Below, piece by piece: positions 55,733 to 64,000 of a stretch of DNA of 64,000 nt. The notes below the pieces were generated by a model that saw nothing but the letters and a program-made list of their open reading frames with translations, was not told where the DNA came from and did no database searches. Made by a program: the position numbers and the translations under genes. Location: positions 128,001-192,000 of the forward strand of contig JAVYWL010000001.1 in NCBI GenBank assembly GCA_038727135.1. Reading direction: 5' to 3'. Each line of letters opens with the position of its first letter. Position 1 is the first letter of the stretch. This DNA is from Candidatus Bathyarchaeia archaeon. Lineage in GTDB: Archaea > Thermoproteota > Bathyarchaeia > Bathyarchaeales > Bathycorpusculaceae.

Positions 55733-58700
55733 ATGGAAAAGAACGAAAACGTAGCCCATGTTTTGGAAAAGCTTCACTCATTATTTGACGGTTTAGAAGA
55801 CCTCGTCTATGTGGCAGACCCTGAAACCTATGAGATACTTTTTGCAAATGACAAGTTTAAAGAGGTTCTCGGCGGGGAAGTTGTAGGCAGAAAATGTTAT
55901 GAGGTTATTCATGGCGCCAAAAGCCCATGCACGTTCTGCACCAACAAATACATTTTTGGAGAAAACCTTGGAAAAACCTATGTATGGGAGTACCACTGCA
56001 AGAAAAGGAATCAATGGTACAAGTGCATAGACAAGGCCATAATTTGGCCTGGAAACAAGTATGTCCGATTTGAAATTGCCATAGACGTAACTGCGCATAA
56101 GAAGATGGAGAGGGCTTTAGCTGAAAGTGAAAAGCGGTACCGTACCCTTGTTGAGGCTGCCCCAGATGTAATTTACAGCATCTCATCTGATGGGAGGATT
56201 ATCTCGCTTAATCCAGCTTTTGAGAAGGTTACCGGCTGGAAATGTGAGGACTGGATTGGAAAACCCTTTACCGAGCTTATTCATCCAGAAGACCTTGAAA
56301 AGGCTGTGGATTCCTTCCAGAAAACTCTCGCCGGCAAGCCTGAAATGGTGGAGCTCCGTGTCCGCTCAAAGTCAGGCGACTATTTGGTTGGCGAATTCAT
56401 AAGTGTGCCTTTGATTGAGGATGGAAAGATTGTTGGCGAGCTTGGAATAGCCAGAGACGTGACAAGCCGCAAAGCCTACGAGGATAACCTTCAGAAGATT
56501 ACAACAACTCTTCAAACTTTAGTTCAGGCGATTCCAGACATTGTTTATTTCAAGGATGCTGAAAGGCGAAACCTAATAGTGAACAGCGCCTTCGAAAAGT
56601 TGGTAGGCTTAAAGAAAGAGGAGATTATTGGAAAGCGGGACGAGGAGCTCTTCCCGCCGGATTTGGCTGCTCAATGCCGAAAAAGCGACGAAGAAGTACT
56701 CAGCAAGGGCATTGCAGTCCGTGTGGAAGAACATACAGTTGACGAGAAAGGAGATAGGAGGTTTTTCGACACAATTAAGGTTCCAATTCGCGACAGAAAC
56801 GGGAACATTGCCGGCTTAATTGGTGTAAGCAGGGATATAACAGAGCACAAACTCGTTGAAGCGAAGCTAGCGGAGAGGGAGGAGCTCTTCCGCTCAATTG
56901 TTGAAAACTCCCATGACGGCATAGCAATAATAAATGGCAACTACAAAATTACTTACGCTAATGATGAGCTCTCCAACATTCTTGGATATCCGAAAGAGGA
57001 GATAGTTGGGCAGGATTTCAGAAAATTCCTAACAAACGAATGCAAGGCGCTTTTCACGAACAAGAGGCTTTGCGCACAAGCGAGGCAGCATAAAAACGAG
57101 GAGAAAGTTCTTTCGGAGTATAGGCTGAAAATCGTTAGGAAGGGCGGCGAGGAAAGGGAAATCGAGGTTAGAGCCGTAACATTAAGAAATGCCAAAGGTT
57201 GGATACGCACCATAGCCCAAGTTTTGGACATAACTGAACGCGTTAGGCTTGAAGAGGAAAGAAAACTTTTCGAGAAGAGGCTTTCAGAGCTGAACGTTTA
57301 TGCTAAGAGACTTAATGATGCAAAATCCATCAAAGAGATTTATCGACTTGCTTTAGACGCTATGGAGAAAACCCTCGGTTTTGAGTATGCCTCAATCCTC
57401 ATGGCAGAGGAAAACTTTCTGAAACTTGTTGCCTACAGAGGATACTCGAAAGTCTTCTTCCTTAAACTGCCCCTTGACGGAGATAAGGGCGTAACAGTAA
57501 AGGCAGCTAAAACTGGAAAATCAATAATTGTCCCAGACGTAAGAAAGGAAAAAGCCTACGTTAGGGGCGGCGAAGAAATCCTATCAGAACTCGCAACACC
57601 CATGAAGATAGGGAGGAAAGTTTTAGGCGTATTAAACGTTGAGAGCAGGAAGCCGGCAGCCTTCAAAGAGGAGGATAAGAAGCTCTTAGAAATATTGGCT
57701 TCACATGTGGCTATAGCGATAAGCAACCTCAGGAGAAGGGAAAAACTTTCAGCGCTAAACGCCTATGGACGCAGCTTGAACAGGGCAAGAAACGTGGATG
57801 AAGTGTGCACAAAAACTTTAGATGCAATGCAGAGGATCCTCGGGTTCAAAAATGTTGACTTCTTCCTCCTTGTCGGCAAAAAGCTTAGGCTAGCTAAAAC
57901 AAGGGGTTTAAGCTTCACGCCGAAAATTGCACTTCCACTGGATGGGGATAAGGGCATAACTGTTATGGCAGCAAAAACTGGTAAAACTGTTTATGTTCCA
58001 GATGTTAGAAGGGAGAAAGCCTACGTTGAAGCTGGGATAAAGGGGATATTGTCCGAGCTTGCAGTGCCAATAAAGATTGGAAACCGTGTTTTGGGCGTGT
58101 TAAACGTTGAAAGCGAGAAGCTGGCAGCCTTCGACGAGGAGGATAAAAGGCTTCTTGAAATACTGGCTTCCCACGTTGCAATAGCATTAAGCAACATAGA
58201 GAGAAGAGAAAGCCTCGAAAGCCTATCGGAAAAGCTTGAAAACTTGATGCGGAGCTCCACAAAAATAATGACGATTAAGGATGCCCGTAAAAGGCTTAAG
58301 GAAATAGCAAGGGCTATACAACGCTTCGGTTGGAGAAGAGTGGTTATTGGGCGTGTGGACGAAAACCTTGAACGAAAAGAGCTCATCACAGTAGGTCTAA
58401 CAAGGGAGGAGATTAAACTTCTTAAGGAGAGGAGAGCCCCGGGACACGTTTGGAAGGAACGCTTAGGTCCAAAGTTTGAGAAGTACAAGATTGGCGAGTT
58501 CTTCTACATACCATGGAGGGACCCGTGGATTAGGGAGCACTTCTTCCACATCCCACCAGAAATTCCGCTAGACATTGCAGAAAAACAGTACATGAAAGTT
58601 GCCGTTCCAAGCCGCCTTTCAGAGGAGAACATGGTGGACTGGCATCCGCAGGACATGCTTTATGCGCCACTACGTACGCCTGAAGGCAAAATAGTTGGCA

Positions 58701-59656
58701 TTTTAAGCATGGACGACCCCGTTGATGGAAAAAAGCCGACTAGGGAGTCCCTCATGCCGCTGGAGCTTTTCCTCCATCAGGCGGCAATAACTATTGAAAA
58801 TGCTGAGCTTATGGAGAGCCTTGAAAAGGCTAGGAGGGAGCTTCAGGCTTATGCTGACCAGCTTGAGCAGAAAGTTGAGGAGCGGACAAGGGAACTGCGG
58901 GAAATACAGGATAGGCTGCTTAAAGCACAGAGGCTAGCTGTCATAGGCGAACTAGCTGGAATGGTGGGACACGACCTCCGCAACCCGTTGACAAGCATTG
59001 CCGGCGCCACATACTATCTCAAGAGGAGGCTGAACCAGACCATAGATGGAAAGGTTATGGAGATGCTTAACCTTATAGAGAAGAATATTGGCTATTCGAA
59101 TAAGATAATAAACGATCTTTTGGACTATTCTAGGGAAATTAAGCTTGACATAACAGAGGCGAGTCCAAAAGCGTTAGTGGAGGAGGCTCTGGCTTCTGTT
59201 GAGATTCCAAGCAACATTCATGTAGTGAAGGTTGTTCGCAGTTCGCCAAAGATAAGGGCTGACTTTGAAAAGGTTAAGCGTGTTCTTGTGAATTTGATTA
59301 GGAATGCTGTTGACGCCATGCCTAAGGGTGGAACCCTAACAATAGGGTGTAGGAGGAGAGGCGCGAAGGTTGAGTTTGTTGTCGCGGACACGGGGGTTGG
59401 CATGTCAGAGGAAACCATGAAAAAGCTTTGGACTCCCCTGTTTACAACTAAAGCCAAGGGTATGGGTTTCGGCTTGTCCATTTGTAAACGTTTTGTTGAA
59501 GCCCACGGGGGCACAATAAAGGTTGAAAGCGCCTTAGGTAGGGGTTCAACCTTCACGGTAACCCTTCCCATAGAACCCGAAATAAAAGAAGAAGGAGGTG
59601 AAAAAATATGGTTGAAAACGCAAGAATCCTCGTTGTTGACGACGACGAAAACATAA
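55733..59656 (+). CDS. cytoplasmic sensor histidine kinase (about 4 PAS, 3 GAF, HisKA, HATPase)
   Basis: PAS/PAC ends (DVT, RDVT, RDIT, DIT), GAF motifs (SELA.P.K....LGVLNVES...AF.EED), GHDLRNPL H-box, NLIRNA, DTGVG, GMGFGL; no TM helix. Confidence 0.93.
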   Translation: MEKNENVAHVLEKLHSLFDGLEDLVYVADPETYEILFANDKFKEVLGGEVVGRKCYEVIHGAKSPCTFCTNKYIFGENLGKTYVWEYHCKKRNQWYKCIDKAIIWPGNKYVRFEIAIDVTAHKKMERALAESEKRYRTLVEAAPDVIYSISSDGRIISLNPAFEKVTGWKCEDWIGKPFTELIHPEDLEKAVDSFQKTLAGKPEMVELRVRSKSGDYLVGEFISVPLIEDGKIVGELGIARDVTSRKAYEDNLQKITTTLQTLVQAIPDIVYFKDAERRNLIVNSAFEKLVGLKKEEIIGKRDEELFPPDLAAQCRKSDEEVLSKGIAVRVEEHTVDEKGDRRFFDTIKVPIRDRNGNIAGLIGVSRDITEHKLVEAKLAEREELFRSIVENSHDGIAIINGNYKITYANDELSNILGYPKEEIVGQDFRKFLTNECKALFTNKRLCAQARQHKNEEKVLSEYRLKIVRKGGEEREIEVRAVTLRNAKGWIRTIAQVLDITERVRLEEERKLFEKRLSELNVYAKRLNDAKSIKEIYRLALDAMEKTLGFEYASILMAEENFLKLVAYRGYSKVFFLKLPLDGDKGVTVKAAKTGKSIIVPDVRKEKAYVRGGEEILSELATPMKIGRKVLGVLNVESRKPAAFKEEDKKLLEILASHVAIAISNLRRREKLSALNAYGRSLNRARNVDEVCTKTLDAMQRILGFKNVDFFLLVGKKLRLAKTRGLSFTPKIALPLDGDKGITVMAAKTGKTVYVPDVRREKAYVEAGIKGILSELAVPIKIGNRVLGVLNVESEKLAAFDEEDKRLLEILASHVAIALSNIERRESLESLSEKLENLMRSSTKIMTIKDARKRLKEIARAIQRFGWRRVVIGRVDENLERKELITVGLTREEIKLLKERRAPGHVWKERLGPKFEKYKIGEFFYIPWRDPWIREHFFHIPPEIPLDIAEKQYMKVAVPSRLSEENMVDWHPQDMLYAPLRTPEGKIVGILSMDDPVDGKKPTRESLMPLELFLHQAAITIENAELMESLEKARRELQAYADQLEQKVEERTRELREIQDRLLKAQRLAVIGELAGMVGHDLRNPLTSIAGATYYLKRRLNQTIDGKVMEMLNLIEKNIGYSNKIINDLLDYSREIKLDITEASPKALVEEALASVEIPSNIHVVKVVRSSPKIRADFEKVKRVLVNLIRNAVDAMPKGGTLTIGCRRRGAKVEFVVADTGVGMSEETMKKLWTPLFTTKAKGMGFGLSICKRFVEAHGGTIKVESALGRGSTFTVTLPIEPEIKEEGGEKIWLKTQESSLLTTTKT

Positions 59657-60075
59657 GGAAAGTCCTAACAACCATACTGGAGGAGGAGGGCTACATTGTT
59701 GACGAGGCTGAAAACGCCAAGAAAGCCATAGAGAAGACAAAGCGGAAAGTCTACAACCTAGCCCTAATAGACATACGCTTGCCGGACATGGAGGGTATAG
59801 AGCTCCTAACAAGGATGAAGGACACTGTGCCGAGGATGAGGAAAATAATTATAACGGGTTATCCGACGCTGCAGAACGCTATAGAAGCCGTCAACCGCGG
59901 TGCAGACGCCTACATACTGAAGCCCTTTGACATGGACAAGGTTCTGGCAACCATCAAGGAACAGCTGCGAAAATACGAGGAGGAGAAGCGCTACAGCCAA
60001 GAAAAAGTCGCGGAGTTCATCGAAACAAGAGTGAAGGAGTTGGAGGCTGAGAAGGCAGTCGAGAAGCGCCCGTAA
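59608..60075 (+). CDS. response regulator (receiver domain with short C-terminal helix)
   Basis: ILVVDDD, LIDIRLPDMEG, ITG, YILKPF. Confidence 0.95.
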   Translation: MVENARILVVDDDENIRKVLTTILEEEGYIVDEAENAKKAIEKTKRKVYNLALIDIRLPDMEGIELLTRMKDTVPRMRKIIITGYPTLQNAIEAVNRGADAYILKPFDMDKVLATIKEQLRKYEEEKRYSQEKVAEFIETRVKELEAEKAVEKRP

Positions 60076-60125
60076 ATTTTCTGGTATTTTCCAAATTTCT
60101 CATTCTTACCCTTTCTAGATTGTAT

Positions 60126-61037
60126 TCATTTAACTACATTTTTGTGCATAAATTTCCAGACGTGTTTGACCTCGAAGCCCAAATTTTTCAGAAGCGTAAC
60201 CGAAGGCTTGTTCTGCTCATTTGTGTGAAGCGCTACGGAGTCCATTCCCTTTTCGTAGAGGAAGTTCATGGCGCGGCGGGTTAGAGCCGAAGCCAAATTC
60301 CGCCCTCTATATTCTGACAGTGTCACGGCTGGTCCAAGGTAGCCTCTTCTGGCTTTAAAGAGCTTGTTGTATTCCGTGTCCGGTCTGGAAGCCACTGCTG
60401 AAACTATTTTGCCGTCTATCTCAGCTACGTGAATCCAGCTCTCATCAAAAGGCGGGTGCTCGGCTTTCCACTCGGCTATGAAGCCTTCCCTAAGCCTTTC
60501 CCAGCCATACCCCGTGTTTACAGTTTCGATTAGGGCTTTCTCCTCGTCTGGTCTTAGGCTTCTGATAATTGTGCCTTCTGGAACTGGCGGCAAGGGTTTT
60601 ACGCCGTCCAATTTTGCAACCATGTGATAGAATCCATCTTCGGCTTTGTAGCCCCGTTCAATCCAAAAACGCATTTTGGGGCTGTCGGCGTCAACCCTTA
60701 CAGAAATGTCAGAGCCACTAACCCGTTTTTCCACTTCGCTGACAAGCATTTCCTCGACAACTTGTTGGTGTGGACCTTTCGAAGAGGCTAGCCATTCGAT
60801 GTGTTCGCCGTGATGTCCCGCGTGGAGGGCTATGCATCCCAAGATTTCGCTGTCCCCTTTTGCAACTAGAACCGTTAGGTTTCGTTCCTCAATTTCTTTC
60901 AGAAGTTTCTCAACAGTGTATGGGATAAACTCGTAGGAGCTGGAATACTCCTCATTAAGCAGCTTAACCAGGCTGGCAATGTCTTCACGTGTGAAAGCCG
61001 CAATTTTCAAATCCATAACAGTTCTTGACAAGAGCAA
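60126..61037 (-). CDS. tandem-GNAT acetyltransferase
   Basis: YRGRNLASAL motif A, N..SV.LL..LGF; degenerate N-terminal GNAT. Confidence 0.85.
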   Translation of the reverse strand: MLLSRTVMDLKIAAFTREDIASLVKLLNEEYSSSYEFIPYTVEKLLKEIEERNLTVLVAKGDSEILGCIALHAGHHGEHIEWLASSKGPHQQVVEEMLVSEVEKRVSGSDISVRVDADSPKMRFWIERGYKAEDGFYHMVAKLDGVKPLPPVPEGTIIRSLRPDEEKALIETVNTGYGWERLREGFIAEWKAEHPPFDESWIHVAEIDGKIVSAVASRPDTEYNKLFKARRGYLGPAVTLSEYRGRNLASALTRRAMNFLYEKGMDSVALHTNEQNKPSVTLLKNLGFEVKHVWKFMHKNVVK

Positions 61038-61316
61038 GGCTAGAAATAAACATTACCTAGGCTCGGCAATGAAGCCTTTCATATTTAAAAACTTTTTCAG
61101 CTTTTACGCTCTTTAACGGGAAAGTTTTCTCCCCTTTAAAGATGGAATGCCTTTAAATGGAGTGTTTTAAAGTTATAGTTTTTGTTCGGTTGCCAACGCT
61201 TCTAAAATATTTGAAAATTCTCGCCATCCTCTTTTTGATTAGCACTGAATTTTGTTTATTGGTGGCTTTGGTTTTTGCTGATGTTTACATTTTTGTTGCA
61301 TAAAGTTTAAAAAGTC

Positions 61317-61365
61317 ACACTACATTTAGTGCTTGGAGATAAAAGTTAAACACTATATATTGAAG
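61317..61365 (+). promoter_or_regulatory. two tandem NrdR-box-like operators just downstream of a TATA-like element
   Basis: acactacatttagtgc (61317-61332) and acactatatattgaag (61350-61365) resemble the NrdR consensus acaCwAtATaTwGtg; tttaaaaa at about 61306-61313. Confidence 0.75.
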
Positions 61366-61386
61366 CACGCGACGCAGAGTGAAGCC

Positions 61387-61830
61387 ATGAAGTGCCCCTA
61401 CTGCGGCTCGGAAAACATAAAAACCCTTGAGACGAGGGACTCGCCAGACAACACCATAAGAAGGCGCAAAGAATGCGTCAGCTGTGGGAAGCGCTTCACA
61501 ACATACGAGTACATAGAAACCATTGAGCTGATGGTTCGGAAACGTGACGGAAGACTTGAACGCTTCGACCTAAACAAAATCGTTAGAGGCTTGCAAAAAG
61601 CATGCGAGAAAAGACCAGTGACAATGGAGCAGATTCACGCCTTAGCCGAAAAGGTTAGGCAGGAACTGATGGCTATGGGCAAGGAGGAAGTCACTTCACA
61701 GGAAATTGGCGACTTAGTGATGAAGCACTTGAAAAGCCTTGACCGTGTAGCCTATGTGCGCTTCGCATCCGTATACCGCAGGTTTGAGGAGCCGGAGGAC
61801 TTCCGTCGCGTGCTTCAAGAGGTTAGGTGA
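61387..61830 (+). CDS. nrdR: transcriptional repressor NrdR
   Basis: MKCPYCG...IRRRKECVSCGKRFTTYE Zn ribbon plus ATP cone, VAYVRFASVYR.F. Confidence 0.95.
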   Translation: MKCPYCGSENIKTLETRDSPDNTIRRRKECVSCGKRFTTYEYIETIELMVRKRDGRLERFDLNKIVRGLQKACEKRPVTMEQIHALAEKVRQELMAMGKEEVTSQEIGDLVMKHLKSLDRVAYVRFASVYRRFEEPEDFRRVLQEVR

Positions 61831-61837
61831 AGCTGAA

Positions 61838-63973
61838 ATGAAGTTTGTTAGGAAGCGGGATGGTAGGTTAGAACCCTTCGACCAAGAGCGGATAACAAAC
61901 GCCATTTGGAAGGCGGCAAAAGCCGTAGGCGGAAAAGACCGCGAACTTGCCAAGCGGCTAAGCGATCAAGTGGTGGCTGAGCTTAAAAGGCGCTTCGGGG
62001 AAGACGGCGTCCCAACGGTTGAGGAAATCCAAGACGTTGTAGAAAAAATCCTCATAGAGAATGGACATGCAAGAACAGCTAAGGCTTACATCCTCTATCG
62101 TAAACAGCACCAGGACATAAGGGAGTTGGCTGGACTCCTAAGCCAAGCAGACCTTGTGGACCAATACCTTGACATGGAAGACTGGAGGGTTAAGGAAAAC
62201 TCCAACATGAGCTACTCGCTGCAAGGCTTAAACAACTACCTATCATCCACAGTTATCGCTAAATACTGGATAACCCGCATCTACCCGCCAAACATTGCAG
62301 ACGCTCATTTCTCTGGAGACATGCATATTCACGACCTAGGCGTTTTGGGGCCTTACTGCGTGGGCTGGGACATTAAAGACTTACTTTTAACAGGTTTCGG
62401 CGGGGTCCCTGGAAAAATTGAGAGTGTTCCAGCTAAACACTTTAGAACAGCCCTTGGACAAGTGGTGAACTTCTTTTACACATTGCAGGGTGAGGCTGCG
62501 GGAGCCCAAGCCTTCTCAAACTTTGACACTTATTTGGCGCCCTTCATACGTTATGACGGACTTAGCCAGAAAGAGGTGGAGCAGTCGCTTCAGGAGTTCT
62601 TTTTCAACATGAACGTGCCAACACGGGTGGGCTTCCAGACGCCCTTCACAAACGTCACATTGGACTTGAAGGTTCCAGAATTCATGAAGGATGAGCCAGT
62701 AATAATTGGCGGAAAGGTCATGGACGCCACTTACGGCGACATGGAAAAGGAGATGGAGATGTTCAACATTGCCTTTGCAAAGGTTCTCGGCGAGGGCGAC
62801 GCCAAAGGAAGAGTATTCACGTTTCCAATACCAACTTACTGTATAACGAAGGATTTTGACTGGGATTCGCCGGTTTCCCAGAAAATCTTTGAGGTGGCAG
62901 CCAAGTATGGGGCGCCATACTTCTCAAACTTTGTTAACAGCGACATGAAACCAGAAGACGTCCGAAGCATGTGCTGCCGCCTACGCATAGACAACCGCGA
63001 ACTTCGAAAGCGTGGTGGAGGTTTCTTCGGGGCTAACCCTTTGACCGGCAGCATAGGCGTTGTAACCCTAAACCTCCCAAGGATTGGCTACCTAGCCAAA
63101 AACGAGGACGAATTCTTCGAGCGTTTAGAGACGCTCATGGAGCTGGCAAAAGACAGTCTAGAGATAAAGCGCAAGGTCTTAGAGCAGTTCACGGAGAAGG
63201 GTTTGTATCCGTATTCTAGGCGTTATCTTAGGGGTGTTAAGGAGACCTTTGGAAAGTACTGGAAGAACCACTTCTCAACAATAGGCTTGGTGGGCATGAA
63301 CGAGGCTATACTGAACTTGTTTGGCTATGGAATTGCAACACCAGACGGACTGGAGTTCGCCGTAAAAGTGCTGAACTTCATGAGAGAGAAACTCGCAGAC
63401 TTTCAAGAGGAGACTGGCAACATTTACAATTTAGAGGCAACGCCCGCAGAAGGCGCCAGCTATAGGCTGGCACGAATAGACAAGCGCAAATACCCAGACA
63501 TAATAGTGGCTAATGAAAAGTATTTGGCTAGGGGCGCGGAACCCTTCTACACGAACTCCTCCCAGCTCCCAGTGGACCACGAGGCAGACTTGTTTGAGGC
63601 TTTGGAGCATCAGGATAGGCTTCAGACGCTTTACACTGGCGGAACAGTCTTCCACATTTATCTTGGCGAGAGGCTCTACTCGTGGAGGGCTGCAGCCGAG
63701 CTGGTTCGAAAAGTGGCTTGGAACTTCCGCCTACCATACTTCACATTAACGCCAACCTTCAGCATATGCCCGACCCACGGCTACTTGAGCGGCGAGCATA
63801 GGCAGTGTCCAAAATGCGGGGCCAACTGCGAAGTCTACTCAAGAGTTGTTGGCTACCTACGCCCAGTAGACCAGTGGAACGACGGCAAACAAGCCGAATT
63901 CACCATCAGAAAAACCTTTGAGAAAGCCGCTGTCTTGCCACCAGCAACAGTGTCAGCAGGCGGCGGCGAGTGA
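61838..63973 (+). CDS. nrdD: anaerobic (class III) ribonucleoside-triphosphate reductase with ATP cone
   Basis: VRKRDG ATP cone, HIHDL, SMCCRL, EATPAEG, CPTHG..CPKCG, YSRVVGYL glycyl-radical loop. Confidence 0.95.
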   Translation: MKFVRKRDGRLEPFDQERITNAIWKAAKAVGGKDRELAKRLSDQVVAELKRRFGEDGVPTVEEIQDVVEKILIENGHARTAKAYILYRKQHQDIRELAGLLSQADLVDQYLDMEDWRVKENSNMSYSLQGLNNYLSSTVIAKYWITRIYPPNIADAHFSGDMHIHDLGVLGPYCVGWDIKDLLLTGFGGVPGKIESVPAKHFRTALGQVVNFFYTLQGEAAGAQAFSNFDTYLAPFIRYDGLSQKEVEQSLQEFFFNMNVPTRVGFQTPFTNVTLDLKVPEFMKDEPVIIGGKVMDATYGDMEKEMEMFNIAFAKVLGEGDAKGRVFTFPIPTYCITKDFDWDSPVSQKIFEVAAKYGAPYFSNFVNSDMKPEDVRSMCCRLRIDNRELRKRGGGFFGANPLTGSIGVVTLNLPRIGYLAKNEDEFFERLETLMELAKDSLEIKRKVLEQFTEKGLYPYSRRYLRGVKETFGKYWKNHFSTIGLVGMNEAILNLFGYGIATPDGLEFAVKVLNFMREKLADFQEETGNIYNLEATPAEGASYRLARIDKRKYPDIIVANEKYLARGAEPFYTNSSQLPVDHEADLFEALEHQDRLQTLYTGGTVFHIYLGERLYSWRAAAELVRKVAWNFRLPYFTLTPTFSICPTHGYLSGEHRQCPKCGANCEVYSRVVGYLRPVDQWNDGKQAEFTIRKTFEKAAVLPPATVSAGGGE

Positions 63974-63980
63974 CCCAACC

Positions 63981-64000
63981 ATGAAGTTCAGCGGCATACA
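63981..64000 (+). CDS. nrdG: start of probable RNR activating radical SAM enzyme (partial)
   Basis: ATG AAG TTC AGC GGC ATA CA (MKFSGIQ) directly after nrdD; only 20 nt visible. Confidence 0.5.

Overview
Archaeal chromosomal window. Evidence for archaeal origin: class I LysRS, UPF0147/UPF0148, tungsten AOR, DUF5305-like gene and archaeal-type tRNAs; gene content suggests Bathyarchaeia, which is inference. Bases 1-32 kb are mostly housekeeping and catabolic: HD phosphohydrolase, tmk, lysS, a dpp/opp peptide ABC operon next to a secreted metallopeptidase, deoC, argS, an HDAC, an aldehyde-metabolism cluster (rSAM maturase-MoaD-AOR / TPP enzyme / Fe-ADH / SCP2), three tRNAs and tldD/pmbA. About 32.1-54.8 kb is a nearly all minus-strand head-tail (HK97-fold) virus-like morphogenesis region: RHH regulators, prohead protease, DUF2190, major capsid, portal, neck, tail tube, a G/GT chaperone with a -1 slippery site, a very short tape measure, a tail-tip protein and terminase. 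No integrase, replication gene or att site is visible. It is interrupted by host-type genes (DUF5305-like, dapA-like) and by an AT-rich three-gene cassette: MTase + LAGLIDADG-like protein + small PD-(D/E)xK nuclease. It also shows decay: TerL is truncated and joined to a half ABC-GNAT gene, and the gp10-like gene is frameshifted. The window ends with a multi-PAS/GAF two-component system, a GNAT and an nrdR-nrdD-nrdG operon preceded by two NrdR-box-like motifs. All calls are from motif recognition by eye; no database searches were run.
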